The translations under genes and the position numbers were made by a program. Below, piece after piece: positions 27,903 to 37,996 of a DNA stretch of 64,000 bases (its first letter is position 1; each line of letters starts with the position of its first letter). Where the stretch lies: NCBI GenBank assembly GCA_938091905.1, contig CALKOM010000062.1:1-64000 (forward strand), written 5' to 3'. This stretch comes from an uncultured Verrucomicrobiales bacterium (GTDB lineage: Bacteria > Verrucomicrobiota > Verrucomicrobiia > Verrucomicrobiales > DEV007). The notes under the pieces are model-generated. The model was given only the letters and a program-made list of their open reading frames with translations, was not told where the DNA came from and did not search any database.

Positions 27903-30900
27903 CTACTCCCTTATTCTGTAGTAGCCGGACGCGTTCGCGGTGCGAGTAGCATCGGTGTCTTCGTAAGGGCTTACGGTGACGCCAGATTCGATGATATCCC
28001 AAGAAATGAGATCCTCAGAATACTCGACATCGTAGGTGTCTGCATTGCCAAGGCTTGAGTTAATGCTCACTCCAGAGGCTGATTTGGAAACATCCGTTAG
28101 ACTAGTGCGGAAGGGCGAGTTTGGCTGGGGATCCGGTGTGTTGCCGCCCCCTAGCTTCTGTCCGGGATTCGCTTGGAGTTCACCAACTTCGTCATCAGAG
28201 AGAACGCGTCCGTAGATTTGCATGTCATCTAACAGACCGCTGTAGCCAAACATCCCATTCACTGCACCCAGTTGAAGCGGCCCGCGATCATCGGTGATTT
28301 CGGAGCTGTCCTCTTTTGTTTCAGTGAGGACGCCATCGAGATAGATTTTCACCGTGCTAGTGCCATCGTCATTTGGTGAGTAGGTCACGGTCACATGCTG
28401 CACCTGTTCTGCGGGCACGCTCCCAGCTTCGGCAATATCCTGAGCACCTCCTCCGAACCAGGTCAGTTCACTGTTGGCGACAGCCAATGCGTAAGGATCG
28501 CCTAGCGTAGGCTCAGCAGTACCATCCCCCTTAGCAAATAGCCCGGCAACGTCGGCGAGATCTGCGTTAGCCTGGTGCCAGAGGCTGATGGAGAATCCGG
28601 CTTCGAATCCTGGCAAACTCGATACCTCGGCATAGGCCGCCGTAGCTCCAGGAGCGAAACCTACCGCGGTTCCTCCGGCAAGGCTTGGTTGAGCTAATTC
28701 GATGGTACCATCCCCCGCGACGTAAGTCCCGTGATAGCCATTGCCAGAGGAGTCGTTTAAGCGTGTGCCATCGGTTTCGTCCATCTTGTACCAAGCTACC
28801 AGCTTGTTGGCGTCGGGAATATTTGCGTTCAGATCCAGTCGACGCGTCGTTTCGTTCTCGTCATTGCTCGTGAACTCTAACGAAGCAATGAAGCCACCGT
28901 CGGAGCCTTGTGGATCGAACGTTACGATGAAATCCTGACTTGCTCCTGGGGCTAATGTCAGCGGAGTCACAAGATTGTTTGTGTAGTTGGCTGCATTTGC
29001 TCCGACCAAGTTTGCTGCAGTGATAGAAAGTTCTTGGTTGGATCCGGAATTCTTCAACGTCACCGTTCTCGTTTGTACGCCAGGGTCGTCGCCTAACAAG
29101 CCAAACGGTGTGCGGAAGGGAACCGAGAGATGGGGATCTCCGAGGACCAATGGCACGAAGGTCGAACCATCTGGCTGGGTGGGGTTTTCCGGGATGTTGG
29201 AATCCACACGTAAAGTGTAGCCGGACCCATCTGAGCCATCGGAAGGATCGTCGTCTAGCCCAACGGGTGTGAGACCGAGGTCAATGAAGTCGCCAGGATT
29301 TACATTTGCGTAGAACGTGCGCGTTTCACCTTCGGCATCATTTCCAGCGACTGTGAGTGTGTCCTTATGCTCACCATTGATATGGAGTTGAACTGATGTT
29401 CCTGTACCATTGGTGTTGGTTGCGTGTAGGTGATAGACAATCCCGAGTGGAGTCGAATCCGTTAGTTCATCCGCTACCCAGCGGCGAATCGCCCACTCTT
29501 CGTTGCCGTTATTGGTTCCGTTGGGGTGCCCGCCAGTGGCGTTGATGGTTGTCCACGGAACATTGCCGTCGGCCCAGTCCCATGCTGTCCCGCTCCAAGT
29601 CCACCCGTCTGCTTCATCAAATGCGACAAAGTCGGCTTCGGGATCATAGTCGACAGAGGCTTCCTCTGGGGCATCACCAAGGTTACGAAATCCATTGAAC
29701 CATCCATTTTCACCCTGTGTCCCTGAGAATTCAGAGACGGACTCCGCAATGAGCCCGGCAAATGGGTTCTTGCTGGCATCGTTAGGATCAAATCCTTGAG
29801 CGAGTTCCTCAGGATCCGAGAATCCATCACCGTCGGAGTCGGCCTTGCTTGGATTGGTTGCGGGATCGCCATTGGCTTCGTCACTATCGGAAATGCCATC
29901 TGTATCCGTGTCTGCCTTGAGTGGGCTGGATCCTGCCTTGGACGCATCGACAAACTCGCCGTCGTCACGCTCTGCTCCGTCTGGAAGACCATCGCCGTCG
30001 GTGTCGGCCAAGGTGGGATCAGAGTTGAGCGCAAATTCGTCTTCATCGAGCAAGCCATCGCTATCATTGTCGCTTCCAGTCGCCAACGCGGCAAGATTGT
30101 CAGGGAAGTATTGCTGCTCCCACGCATCGGGAAGGCCATCGCCGTCAGTGTCGTCCCCAGTAGAGGGAACGAAGAGGGTGCCATCCGCTTGGCGTGCGTT
30201 TTCTGGGATGTGCGTGCTGACAATCATCCACGAGAGAGAGCCATCGGAGCCGTCTGCGCGTCCGTCGGAGGGGCCTTCAGGGGTGAGCCCAAGATCGATG
30301 ATGTCTCCCGGGATGGCATTGATGTAATGAATGCCTGTTGCTCCAACATCGTCACCCCCAGGGACTGTCGCTTTAGCCGCCTGTTTTCCGTTTATGTTGA
30401 GCGATCCAGAAACGCCGCCCCCGTTGAGGTTCTCTTTTCTTACATTCCAATAAATGGATAAGGGAGTCGGCTCGGTAATCTCGCTCGCGACCCAGCGACG
30501 GATGGCCCAGTGCTCGTTGGAGTTGTTGATGCCATTTGGGTGCAGACTCTCTGAACCGATGGCCGTCCAAGGAACATTACCGTCAGCCCAATCCCACTGA
30601 TCGCCTGTCCACGTCCATCCTCCGTCAGTGCTAAAGGCTTCGAAGTCGGTGTCGGCATTGTAGTCTTCGCCCCCGCCATCAGCGGTGTAGTTGCGGAAGC
30701 CGTTGAACCAAGCGGGGCCTTGGTCCTCACCGAAGTCTTCGATGGAGTCGCCGATCTTTGCGGCGACGATGTCATCGACCGCAAGCTCTTGGGCATCGGT
30801 GAGGCCATTGCCATTCGTATCGGCGTTGCGGGGATTTGTACCTCCTGCAATCTCGGCACCGTCCGTGAGGCCATCGTCATCAGAGTCCGCGTCTGTTGGA

Positions 30901-31706
30901 TCGATCCCTGCTTCGAACTCTTGTGCTTCAGTGAGTCCATCGTCGTCAAAGTCTGCATTGCCGGCCAGAGTGGCCAGGTCTTCTGCATAGATCATTTCCC
31001 AAGCATCGGGTAAGCCATCTGAATCGGAGTCTTCTCCAGAAACGGCGACGAAGGGTGTGCCGTCTGGCTGCATTGGATTGGCAGGGATGGTATCATCGAT
31101 AACGGCGGACCAGGCAGAGCCATCGGAACCATCTAACCGGTCGTCAGTGGGGCCGACGGGGGTGAGGCTGATGTCTATATGATCACCAGGGTTTACATTG
31201 ACATACACGGTTTGGTCGATGCCTACGTCATCGCTTCCTTCGACGGCACCGTAGTCGACTTGGATACCATTGAGATTGACGGAAACGGAGGTGCCGTTGC
31301 CATTGGTATTGTTTTTATGTAAGTGCCAGCTGACTGCTAAAGGCTTTGGTCCGACGGTTGCGGTCCAGCGACGAACGGCCCATTGTTCTTCGCCGTTGTT
31401 GGGCCCGTTCGGATGGCCGCCGGTAGCATTGATCACCGTCCAAGGGACATTTCCATCGCCCCAGTCCCATGCGGTGCCATTCCATATCCAGCCATCTGCT
31501 TCATCAAACGCGACAAAGTCGGCTTCGGGATCATAAGTATTTAGGTCATCGGCATCCTGATCGACGGCTCTATATCCATAAGTCCAGCCGTTCACGCCTT
31601 GGTCTTTGGTCGTTGGAAAGTTTGCGACAGAATCGGCAACAACTTCGGCGTGCGCTGAGCTGAATGCCATGGCGGAGAAGGCCAGGAGAATGCGGAAGGG
31701 TTTCAT
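27903..31706 (-). CDS. Large secreted multidomain protein (3x Trp-rich domain, acidic DxDxDG repeats, Ig-like, LamG)
   Basis: Signal peptide; three copies of GWxWxGxxWDWxDGNVPWT...HPNG.NN..E.WA.RRW; DSDSDGLPDAWE repeats; LVAWYKMDE...DDMQIYGRVLS. Confidence 0.85.
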   Translation of the reverse strand: MKPFRILLAFSAMAFSSAHAEVVADSVANFPTTKDQGVNGWTYGYRAVDQDADDLNTYDPEADFVAFDEADGWIWNGTAWDWGDGNVPWTVINATGGHPNGPNNGEEQWAVRRWTATVGPKPLAVSWHLHKNNTNGNGTSVSVNLNGIQVDYGAVEGSDDVGIDQTVYVNVNPGDHIDISLTPVGPTDDRLDGSDGSAWSAVIDDTIPANPMQPDGTPFVAVSGEDSDSDGLPDAWEMIYAEDLATLAGNADFDDDGLTEAQEFEAGIDPTDADSDDDGLTDGAEIAGGTNPRNADTNGNGLTDAQELAVDDIVAAKIGDSIEDFGEDQGPAWFNGFRNYTADGGGEDYNADTDFEAFSTDGGWTWTGDQWDWADGNVPWTAIGSESLHPNGINNSNEHWAIRRWVASEITEPTPLSIYWNVRKENLNGGGVSGSLNINGKQAAKATVPGGDDVGATGIHYINAIPGDIIDLGLTPEGPSDGRADGSDGSLSWMIVSTHIPENARQADGTLFVPSTGDDTDGDGLPDAWEQQYFPDNLAALATGSDNDSDGLLDEDEFALNSDPTLADTDGDGLPDGAERDDGEFVDASKAGSSPLKADTDTDGISDSDEANGDPATNPSKADSDGDGFSDPEELAQGFDPNDASKNPFAGLIAESVSEFSGTQGENGWFNGFRNLGDAPEEASVDYDPEADFVAFDEADGWTWSGTAWDWADGNVPWTTINATGGHPNGTNNGNEEWAIRRWVADELTDSTPLGIVYHLHATNTNGTGTSVQLHINGEHKDTLTVAGNDAEGETRTFYANVNPGDFIDLGLTPVGLDDDPSDGSDGSGYTLRVDSNIPENPTQPDGSTFVPLVLGDPHLSVPFRTPFGLLGDDPGVQTRTVTLKNSGSNQELSITAANLVGANAANYTNNLVTPLTLAPGASQDFIVTFDPQGSDGGFIASLEFTSNDENETTRRLDLNANIPDANKLVAWYKMDETDGTRLNDSSGNGYHGTYVAGDGTIELAQPSLAGGTAVGFAPGATAAYAEVSSLPGFEAGFSISLWHQANADLADVAGLFAKGDGTAEPTLGDPYALAVANSELTWFGGGAQDIAEAGSVPAEQVQHVTVTYSPNDDGTSTVKIYLDGVLTETKEDSSEITDDRGPLQLGAVNGMFGYSGLLDDMQIYGRVLSDDEVGELQANPGQKLGGGNTPDPQPNSPFRTSLTDVSKSASGVSINSSLGNADTYDVEYSEDLISWDIIESGVTVSPYEDTDATRTANASGYYRIRE

Positions 31707-31781
31707 AGAGTAGGTGAAGGTTTGGAGTGTGGGGGAGATTAGTTTTAGAGAGTGACGATTGCCTTGTAAAGGAGAACCACG

Positions 31782-33992
31782 CTAGCAGATCTGGAAGGGA
31801 TCGACGTCCAAGATAACGATAACTTCTTCGGGGAAGGTCATGCCTTTCATGACGCCTTTGATGTATTTTGCCATGGTGGTTGCTTGAGTGCAACGGAACA
31901 TGACTTGATAGCGGAAGAGGGTTTGAGCGCGTTCGAGAGGCGAGGGGTTGGGCTGGCTCATCAGAATCCCCTTGGGGAGGTCTTTGCGGAGGCGTTGGCA
32001 GAGGTTCTCAATCGTGAATTCTGCGAGCCGCTCGTGCTTGGACCGAACGTGAAGGAGCACGGCATGGGTGTAGGGCGGGAGCGAGAATTGCTGTCGTGCC
32101 TCGAACTCTTGCTCAGCATACCCATCGTAGTCGTGGTGGCGGGCAAACTGGATGCAAGGGCTTTGCGGGGTGAAGGTTTGTACGACGACTTCACCTTCAA
32201 GGTGGCCGCGACCTGCTCGACCCGCGACCTGAGTGAGGAGTTGGAAACAGCGCTCACCAGCTCGGAAGTCTGGCAAGTGGAGGCCGAGGTCAGCGTTTAG
32301 TATGCCTACCAAAGTCACATTAGGGAAGTGTAAGCCTTTGGCGATCATTTGTGTGCCCACAAGCATGTCGAGTTTGTGTGATTTGAATAATCGCAGGGTG
32401 TCGCGTAGTCGATTCTTGCGCTGCATGATGTCGGCATCGATCCGGGCCATGCGGGCTTGAGGAAAGACTTTCCGAAGGACTTCTTCGGCGCGTTCCGTCC
32501 CAAACCCTCCATAGACGACGGACGTGGACTTGCACTTGGGACAGCGTCGCGGGGCGATCTGTTTGTAGCCGCAGATGTGGCAGATAAGACGTTGCTCCGC
32601 TAGGTGGTAGGTGAGTGAGGTGCTGCAATGTGGACATCCGCATGCATGGCCGCAGTCGAGGCACTGCATGGAGTTGGAGTAGCCGCGCCGATTGAGAAAC
32701 AGCATGATCTGCTCTTTCCTTTCCAAGCGGACCTCGATCTCCTTTCGCAAGCGTTCGGAGAGGATGGCTGGTCCCTTGTGCTTGCGGCTTTCCTGCCGCA
32801 TGTCGATGATGCGGATGAGGGGGAGCGATCGATCATCGACGCGTTCTGTTAAAGTGATGAGTTCGTACTTGCCACGCTTGACGTTGTGGTAGGATTCGAG
32901 AGAAGGTGTGGCGCTACCTAACAGGATAGCGCATTTCTCGATGCGAGATCGGACTACGGCGACGTCGCGTCCGTGGTAGCGTGGTTGGGTGTCTTGTTTG
33001 TAGGAACTCTCGTGTTCCTCATCCACGATGATGAGTCCAAGATTGTCTAACGGCGCGAAGATCGCACTCCGAGCTCCGATCACGATTCTGGCTTCGCCGC
33101 GGTGAATCTTGTGCCATTCATCGAAGCGTTCTCCTTGAGAGAGGTGGCTGTGCAGTACCGCAACTTCGCGTTGGCGATCCGCGAAACGCGATTTGAAACG
33201 CTCAACTGTTTGAGGAGTGAGCGAGATTTCAGGGACAAGAACGATGACGGACTGGCCTTGATCGAGAGCTTTTGCAGTGGCTTGGAGATAGACTTCAGTC
33301 TTGCCACTACCGGTGACGCCGTGCAGGAGCATGGGCGGGCGATCCGGCTCGGCCATGGAAAGGAGCACAGTGTCGAGCACCTTGGCTTGCTCGGCCATGA
33401 GTTCGAGTGGTTCAGAGCGCACGAATTCATCTTCAGCGTGAGGATCACGTTCCACGCGTTGCTCCTCGATGCGAGCCCAACCTTTGGCCACGAGAGCTTT
33501 GGCTGCGGCGAGACTTCCGACTTTGGTTAGGAGCAGTGGTTCCTCAAGGCTTTGGATTTGTTCGAGAATCTCAGCCTGACGAGGAGCCCGTTTACGAAGG
33601 GAAGCCGTTTCTTCTTCGGAAGGTGATGCAATGATCCTGATGGCTTTGCGGACGCGAAACGGAGGCTCTTCTGCACGGACGGACTCGGGTAGCATTGCCC
33701 GCAAGACGATTTCGCGTGAGGTGCAGTAGTAGTTTGCCATCCAGTTGGCTAACTGAATGAGAGAGGGTGTTAGTATTGGGCGATCGTGAATGAGGCCGTC
33801 AAGATTACGTAGCCCTTTGGGAGGTTCGTCAGGTTCACTGAGGTCGAGGACGGTACCCTTCGCTTTGCGAAGACGGAGCGGGACGGTGACGCGAGAACCG
33901 ATGGCGACAGCTTCTCGAAGTTCTTCGGGAATATGATAGTCAAATTCGAGATCCGACGACCCATCAATGGCGACTCGAGCGCATGGGGTCAC
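31782..33992 (-). CDS. priA: Primosomal protein N' (replication restart helicase)
   Basis: GVTGSGKTEVY, DEEHE, LNRRGY, Cys-rich Zn region, GTQMIAKG, QVAGRAGR. Confidence 0.97.
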   Translation of the reverse strand: MTPCARVAIDGSSDLEFDYHIPEELREAVAIGSRVTVPLRLRKAKGTVLDLSEPDEPPKGLRNLDGLIHDRPILTPSLIQLANWMANYYCTSREIVLRAMLPESVRAEEPPFRVRKAIRIIASPSEEETASLRKRAPRQAEILEQIQSLEEPLLLTKVGSLAAAKALVAKGWARIEEQRVERDPHAEDEFVRSEPLELMAEQAKVLDTVLLSMAEPDRPPMLLHGVTGSGKTEVYLQATAKALDQGQSVIVLVPEISLTPQTVERFKSRFADRQREVAVLHSHLSQGERFDEWHKIHRGEARIVIGARSAIFAPLDNLGLIIVDEEHESSYKQDTQPRYHGRDVAVVRSRIEKCAILLGSATPSLESYHNVKRGKYELITLTERVDDRSLPLIRIIDMRQESRKHKGPAILSERLRKEIEVRLERKEQIMLFLNRRGYSNSMQCLDCGHACGCPHCSTSLTYHLAEQRLICHICGYKQIAPRRCPKCKSTSVVYGGFGTERAEEVLRKVFPQARMARIDADIMQRKNRLRDTLRLFKSHKLDMLVGTQMIAKGLHFPNVTLVGILNADLGLHLPDFRAGERCFQLLTQVAGRAGRGHLEGEVVVQTFTPQSPCIQFARHHDYDGYAEQEFEARQQFSLPPYTHAVLLHVRSKHERLAEFTIENLCQRLRKDLPKGILMSQPNPSPLERAQTLFRYQVMFRCTQATTMAKYIKGVMKGMTFPEEVIVILDVDPFQIC

Positions 33993-34438
33993 AATCGTGA
34001 CGCACGTTCGGCTTCAGCAGCACGAATATACTGTTTGAAGAGGCTCACTGCGACAAAGGTCATCTCGTTAGCAAGATCGATCTCTCTGGGTTCCAAGTCG
34101 TCTGCGAGAATTTCGGAGTAGCCGTCGTAATCTTCCAGCTCCTTTCCTGTGACAAGATGAAATCCCATCTGCCAATCTTTGAAATTTCGCTCATCGGCCT
34201 CTTGATCATAGATCTTGGTTAGGGTGTGATGCCGGGGGTCTGCTTGAATCTTCTTGAATAACCCATGCACAAGGTCGTCGTCGCCTTCAAGGGCTTGGAG
34301 AAAGTAGCCTGATTGATAGAGGAGCATGCCTGTGATCCCTCTTAGTTTGTTTCTCTCGCGCGCTCTGGTCAGCAGATCCTGCAGAGCATCGCTGCCCATG
34401 GCGCGGGTGGCGTGGCTGAAGTAGATGAGGTTGATCAT
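33989..34438 (-). CDS. BLUF-domain blue-light sensor protein
   Basis: LIYFS, ARERN, GITGML, FLQALEG, IQADPRH, FKDWQMG. Confidence 0.92.
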   Translation of the reverse strand: MINLIYFSHATRAMGSDALQDLLTRARERNKLRGITGMLLYQSGYFLQALEGDDDLVHGLFKKIQADPRHHTLTKIYDQEADERNFKDWQMGFHLVTGKELEDYDGYSEILADDLEPREIDLANEMTFVAVSLFKQYIRAAEAERASRL

Positions 34439-35409
34439 GCTTTCGGCTCTGACTGGTCCTGAACGAGTTTTGCAATTGGTTTGCGGCTTAAGTCAATCCA
34501 TAAGCTTGCCAGCGCGCCGGTGATAATGATGACGACCAGAGGGATAACACCCACTTTCAAGTCGTCGCCAACCCAGGGTGCCCACTGGGCTAGTGTCGGG
34601 CCGTCGTCGGTATTTTTATTGTAGAGCTGATAGCTGAAGACCCATCCCGCATGCAGCCCAATGGGAAGCCAAAGTGACTTGGTCCGGAGTCGTGCCATTG
34701 CTAGGACGATTCCGAGAACGAGGAGAGTGAGGAACTCGGCGGTGACCGTCTGCCAATCTGAAAACTTTTCAAAGACGCGACCGAGCATTTCGAAACCCGT
34801 CGACCAGACCACCTCATCCTCAGACAGCTTCAACCGGGGCGGCTTCAAAAAGTGAACGATCGCATACACCGCAGAAGTCAGGAGCACCGCGGCCATGATC
34901 GACATCTTCCGCAGGCAGACACCTAGCATGCCTCCACGGAAGAATAGTTCTTCCAAGATCCCTACCGCGATGGCCGTGCCTAGGAGTTTCGGAATGATGT
35001 CCCACTCTGCCTCAGCCTCGGGAATGAAGAAGCCCAGATAGAGAAATGAGATCCCCATGAAGAGCAGGAATCCGCCCGCGAGGAGGCTGCCAGCGAAGAC
35101 GTCCATGATGGCACAGGGGTTCTTTCGGATTTGGAGATCCTCCCAACCGCGAAAGCGGAGTGATCGGATGAGGGGGATCATGCCGAGGAACGCCACGATC
35201 ATCACTGCGCGATTAAAATAGCGCGAGAATGGACTGCGCTCTAAGGCACCGTGAAGATAGGGAAGGGGAGGGGGGCCGTCGGAGAGGGTGCCTTGATGGA
35301 CCAAGCCCCGCCCAAAATGGAAGAGCCATGGGGCGAGAAGCGCCCCTAGCACAAGGGTGAGGGCTAGGTAGAGGACTATCTTACGCCACTCAGATTCTAG
35401 AAACTTCAC
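34435..35409 (-). CDS. CPBP/Abi (CAAX-protease-like) intramembrane metalloprotease
   Basis: LEELFFRG, YAIVHF, LWLPIGLHAGW; multiple TM helices. Confidence 0.88.
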   Translation of the reverse strand: MKFLESEWRKIVLYLALTLVLGALLAPWLFHFGRGLVHQGTLSDGPPPLPYLHGALERSPFSRYFNRAVMIVAFLGMIPLIRSLRFRGWEDLQIRKNPCAIMDVFAGSLLAGGFLLFMGISFLYLGFFIPEAEAEWDIIPKLLGTAIAVGILEELFFRGGMLGVCLRKMSIMAAVLLTSAVYAIVHFLKPPRLKLSEDEVVWSTGFEMLGRVFEKFSDWQTVTAEFLTLLVLGIVLAMARLRTKSLWLPIGLHAGWVFSYQLYNKNTDDGPTLAQWAPWVGDDLKVGVIPLVVIIITGALASLWIDLSRKPIAKLVQDQSEPKA

Positions 35410-35485
35410 TCGTAAACCTTCTCTTCACCAAGCATCCGAGCAAGACAAATGACCCCTTGTCTCTCATGCTTGTTAGATTCTGAAT

Positions 35486-35983
35486 CTAGGGTTCTAGGCG
35501 ATGTCGTATCTCCTGAAGATCCTTATCGGTGCTCGCGTGATCTCGAAGCTTTGGATTGAGCCTGATGGCTTTGTTGACCCAGTAGATTGCCTCGGTGTGA
35601 CGATTGAGGCAAGCCAGGTAGCAACCTCGGTTGTAGATGGCCGTGGGGTCCACTGCGACGACGAGATGGGCGTCTTCTAAAACCTGCAACGATTCTGGAG
35701 TCTGCTTCAACTCGTGCAGCGCAAACGCCTTGTTTATGAAGCCGAAAGGTGCCTTGGGATAGAGTTTGATCGCGGAGTTGCAGAGCTCAAGGGCCGCCTC
35801 GTGACGACCAGTATCAAGCTCAAGGAGGATGGATAGTTCTAAACTGTCTGGCCTAAGCTTCTCATCAGCAGGCAGCTGCTCTAAGGTGCTCTGGCAATCG
35901 GATATCATGCCGAGCTCAAAGTAACCTTGGGCGGCACGCAGGGCATGAGGATCTGGTTGTTTTTCTAATTGGGCATGAGTCAT
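35486..35983 (-). CDS. TPR-repeat protein
   Basis: AAQGYFELG, AIYNRGCYLACL, AIRLNPKLR. Confidence 0.8.
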   Translation of the reverse strand: MTHAQLEKQPDPHALRAAQGYFELGMISDCQSTLEQLPADEKLRPDSLELSILLELDTGRHEAALELCNSAIKLYPKAPFGFINKAFALHELKQTPESLQVLEDAHLVVAVDPTAIYNRGCYLACLNRHTEAIYWVNKAIRLNPKLRDHASTDKDLQEIRHRLEP

Positions 35984-36050
35984 GGGCCAGAGGATGGAGA
36001 GGTTTTAAAGAAATAAGACTATTCGAACTTTCCATCAAATTGAAAGTCCG

Positions 36051-36108
36051 GAGATTCTAATAAATTGTGTTGGAAGCCATAATTTAAAATTTGGAATCTC
36101 TTTTTTTT
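36051..36108 (+). terminator. Long hairpin followed by T8
   Basis: GAGATTCTAA 36051-36060 pairs with TTGGAATCTC 36091-36100, inner TAAATTGTG/CATAATTTA, then TTTTTTTT. Confidence 0.55.
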
Positions 36109-36239
36109 GGAGCCGTTGGCCACTCATGAACTGTGAAATTTCGAGGTCGGCATTTCGGCGAATCGATGCGATCTTGCCTTGCTCACGTCGAGTTTCACTT
36201 GTTTGTGGTTCAGAGCATCAGAGGAGTTCAAAAGTCACT

Positions 36240-36890
36240 ATGAAAAAGCCTGTAATTTCCAGAATTGTTCCGCTCGTTGCGATTCTTGCCCTGATCCTAT
36301 TGTTATTTGGATTTCGATACTTGGGCTTTGTCGATGCTAATTTCGCTAATCTCGCGCCGGTTTCGGCCATGGCGCTGTGTTTCGGCCTCTTCTTCCGGCG
36401 ATCTGTCCTGGCCGTGGTCATCGCCTTTGCGGCCCTCGTTCTGAGCGATGTCTTCGTCACCGTGCTCGCTGTGCGCCAGGACCCGAATCTTTCGTTCTGG
36501 GCCCTGATGGTCTCGCCTACTGTCCTCCTCCGCTACGCCGTTTACGGCTGCCTCTTTGCCGTGGCCTGTTTTTGGACGCGGCGAAAGACTCCTCGCACTG
36601 CCTTGGCCTTGACCCCTGCCATGACGCTGGCGTTCTACACGATCATGAACACGGTAGCATGGTTAACCTCAGTCGCCCCATTTGCCTATGCCAAGACGGT
36701 GGCTGGCTGGTGGCAAAGCCAGACTGTGGGCCTACCGATTCCTGGCGCGCCCCCAAGCTACTTCTTTTTGAGAAACGCATTCATTGGTGACCTTCTGTTT
36801 ACCGTGCTGTTTGTCGGATTGGTCGTTTGTTTGCCAAGTTATCGCCGGACGACCGATTCGGCCTTGAAGCTCTCGGAAAACGCCGTCTAG
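36240..36890 (+). CDS. Membrane protein, DUF6580-like putative transporter component
   Basis: NLAPVSAMAL, LVLSD, FYTIMNTVAW, GLP, FLRNAFIGDLLF. Confidence 0.65.
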   Translation: MKKPVISRIVPLVAILALILLLFGFRYLGFVDANFANLAPVSAMALCFGLFFRRSVLAVVIAFAALVLSDVFVTVLAVRQDPNLSFWALMVSPTVLLRYAVYGCLFAVACFWTRRKTPRTALALTPAMTLAFYTIMNTVAWLTSVAPFAYAKTVAGWWQSQTVGLPIPGAPPSYFFLRNAFIGDLLFTVLFVGLVVCLPSYRRTTDSALKLSENAV

Positions 36891-36909
36891 TCGGCCCTTA
36901 ATTAGTAAC

Positions 36910-37974
36910 GTGAACTCCGCCATCGACCACGCCACCTCTCCCATCAACCAGCAGCTGAGTTCCGAAGGGAAGATCAGCATCCTTCGAGACATCGTAAGGA
37001 TCCGCCGCTTCGAGCAGGCTGCGCTCAAACAGTATACAGCGGGCAAGATGGGGGGCTTCCTGCATCTTTATAACGGCCAGGAGTCCGTAGCCGTTGGGAC
37101 TATTTCTCTGGCCGGAGAGAGTGATCACATCATTACCGCTTACCGTGATCATGGGCATGCACTGGCAGTGGGCATGTCCATGAATGAGTGCATGGCCGAA
37201 CTATATGGCAAGGCCACGGGTTGCTCTAAAGGGAAGGGCGGTTCGATGCACTTCTTCGCACCTGATAAGAATTACTGGGGTGGCCATGGCATTGTCGCGG
37301 GTCAAACACCGTTGGGAGCGGGCTTGGCTTATGGATTAAAGTATCAGGGGCTGAAAGGTGCCTGCCTCTGCTATCTTGGGGATGGAGCGATCAATCAGGG
37401 TGCCTATCACGAGTCTCTGAACTTGGCTGCTCTCTTTGATCTCCCTGTCATTTATGTCATCGAAAACAATGGATACTCGATGGGAACCAGCCAGAAACGT
37501 TCCTCCGCTTTCAAGTCTTGCTTGGCCGAGCGCGCCGATGGCTACAACATAGCTTGGGATACGGTTAATGGAGAAGACGTTTATGAAGTGCGTGCGAAGA
37601 CCCAGGTGGCAATGGAGCGGGCGCATGAAGAATCGCGTCCGACAGTGTTAGAAATTTCTACATACCGTTACTACGGGCACTCCGTGGCCGACGCGAACTC
37701 CAAGAAGTATCGGTCTCCGGAGGAGATTAAACAGTATCAAGAGCATCACGATCCTATCGTTCTTTGGCGTAAGCGCCTTTTAGAGGAGGGCGTTCTGACA
37801 GAAGATCAGGCTTCTGAAATGGACAAGGAAGCGAAAGCGGAAGCGAAGGACGCCGTGAAGTTTGCTGAGGAAAGTCCTTTTCCCGAGCCCAAGGCCATCC
37901 TTGAAGACGTTTATTACGAAGTCGATCAGGGCACGGAAGCTGGCCAGACTGGCAAGCATTTCTTTAATGACTAA
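36910..37974 (+). CDS. pdhA: Pyruvate dehydrogenase E1 alpha
   Basis: GGFLHLYNGQE, GDGAINQG TPP motif, TYRYYGHS. Confidence 0.95.
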   Translation: MNSAIDHATSPINQQLSSEGKISILRDIVRIRRFEQAALKQYTAGKMGGFLHLYNGQESVAVGTISLAGESDHIITAYRDHGHALAVGMSMNECMAELYGKATGCSKGKGGSMHFFAPDKNYWGGHGIVAGQTPLGAGLAYGLKYQGLKGACLCYLGDGAINQGAYHESLNLAALFDLPVIYVIENNGYSMGTSQKRSSAFKSCLAERADGYNIAWDTVNGEDVYEVRAKTQVAMERAHEESRPTVLEISTYRYYGHSVADANSKKYRSPEEIKQYQEHHDPIVLWRKRLLEEGVLTEDQASEMDKEAKAEAKDAVKFAEESPFPEPKAILEDVYYEVDQGTEAGQTGKHFFND

Positions 37975-37996
37975 CAAGAGCTTCTAAGAGTCTATC

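Noticed and set aside
29474..30990. Long alternate-frame ORFs within the large secreted gene
   Set aside because: Shadow ORFs caused by codon bias of the acidic repeat protein
36000..36240. Cobalamin riboswitch ahead of the DUF6580-like gene
   Set aside because: No B12-box or GCCACTG/GGGAAG core motifs seen
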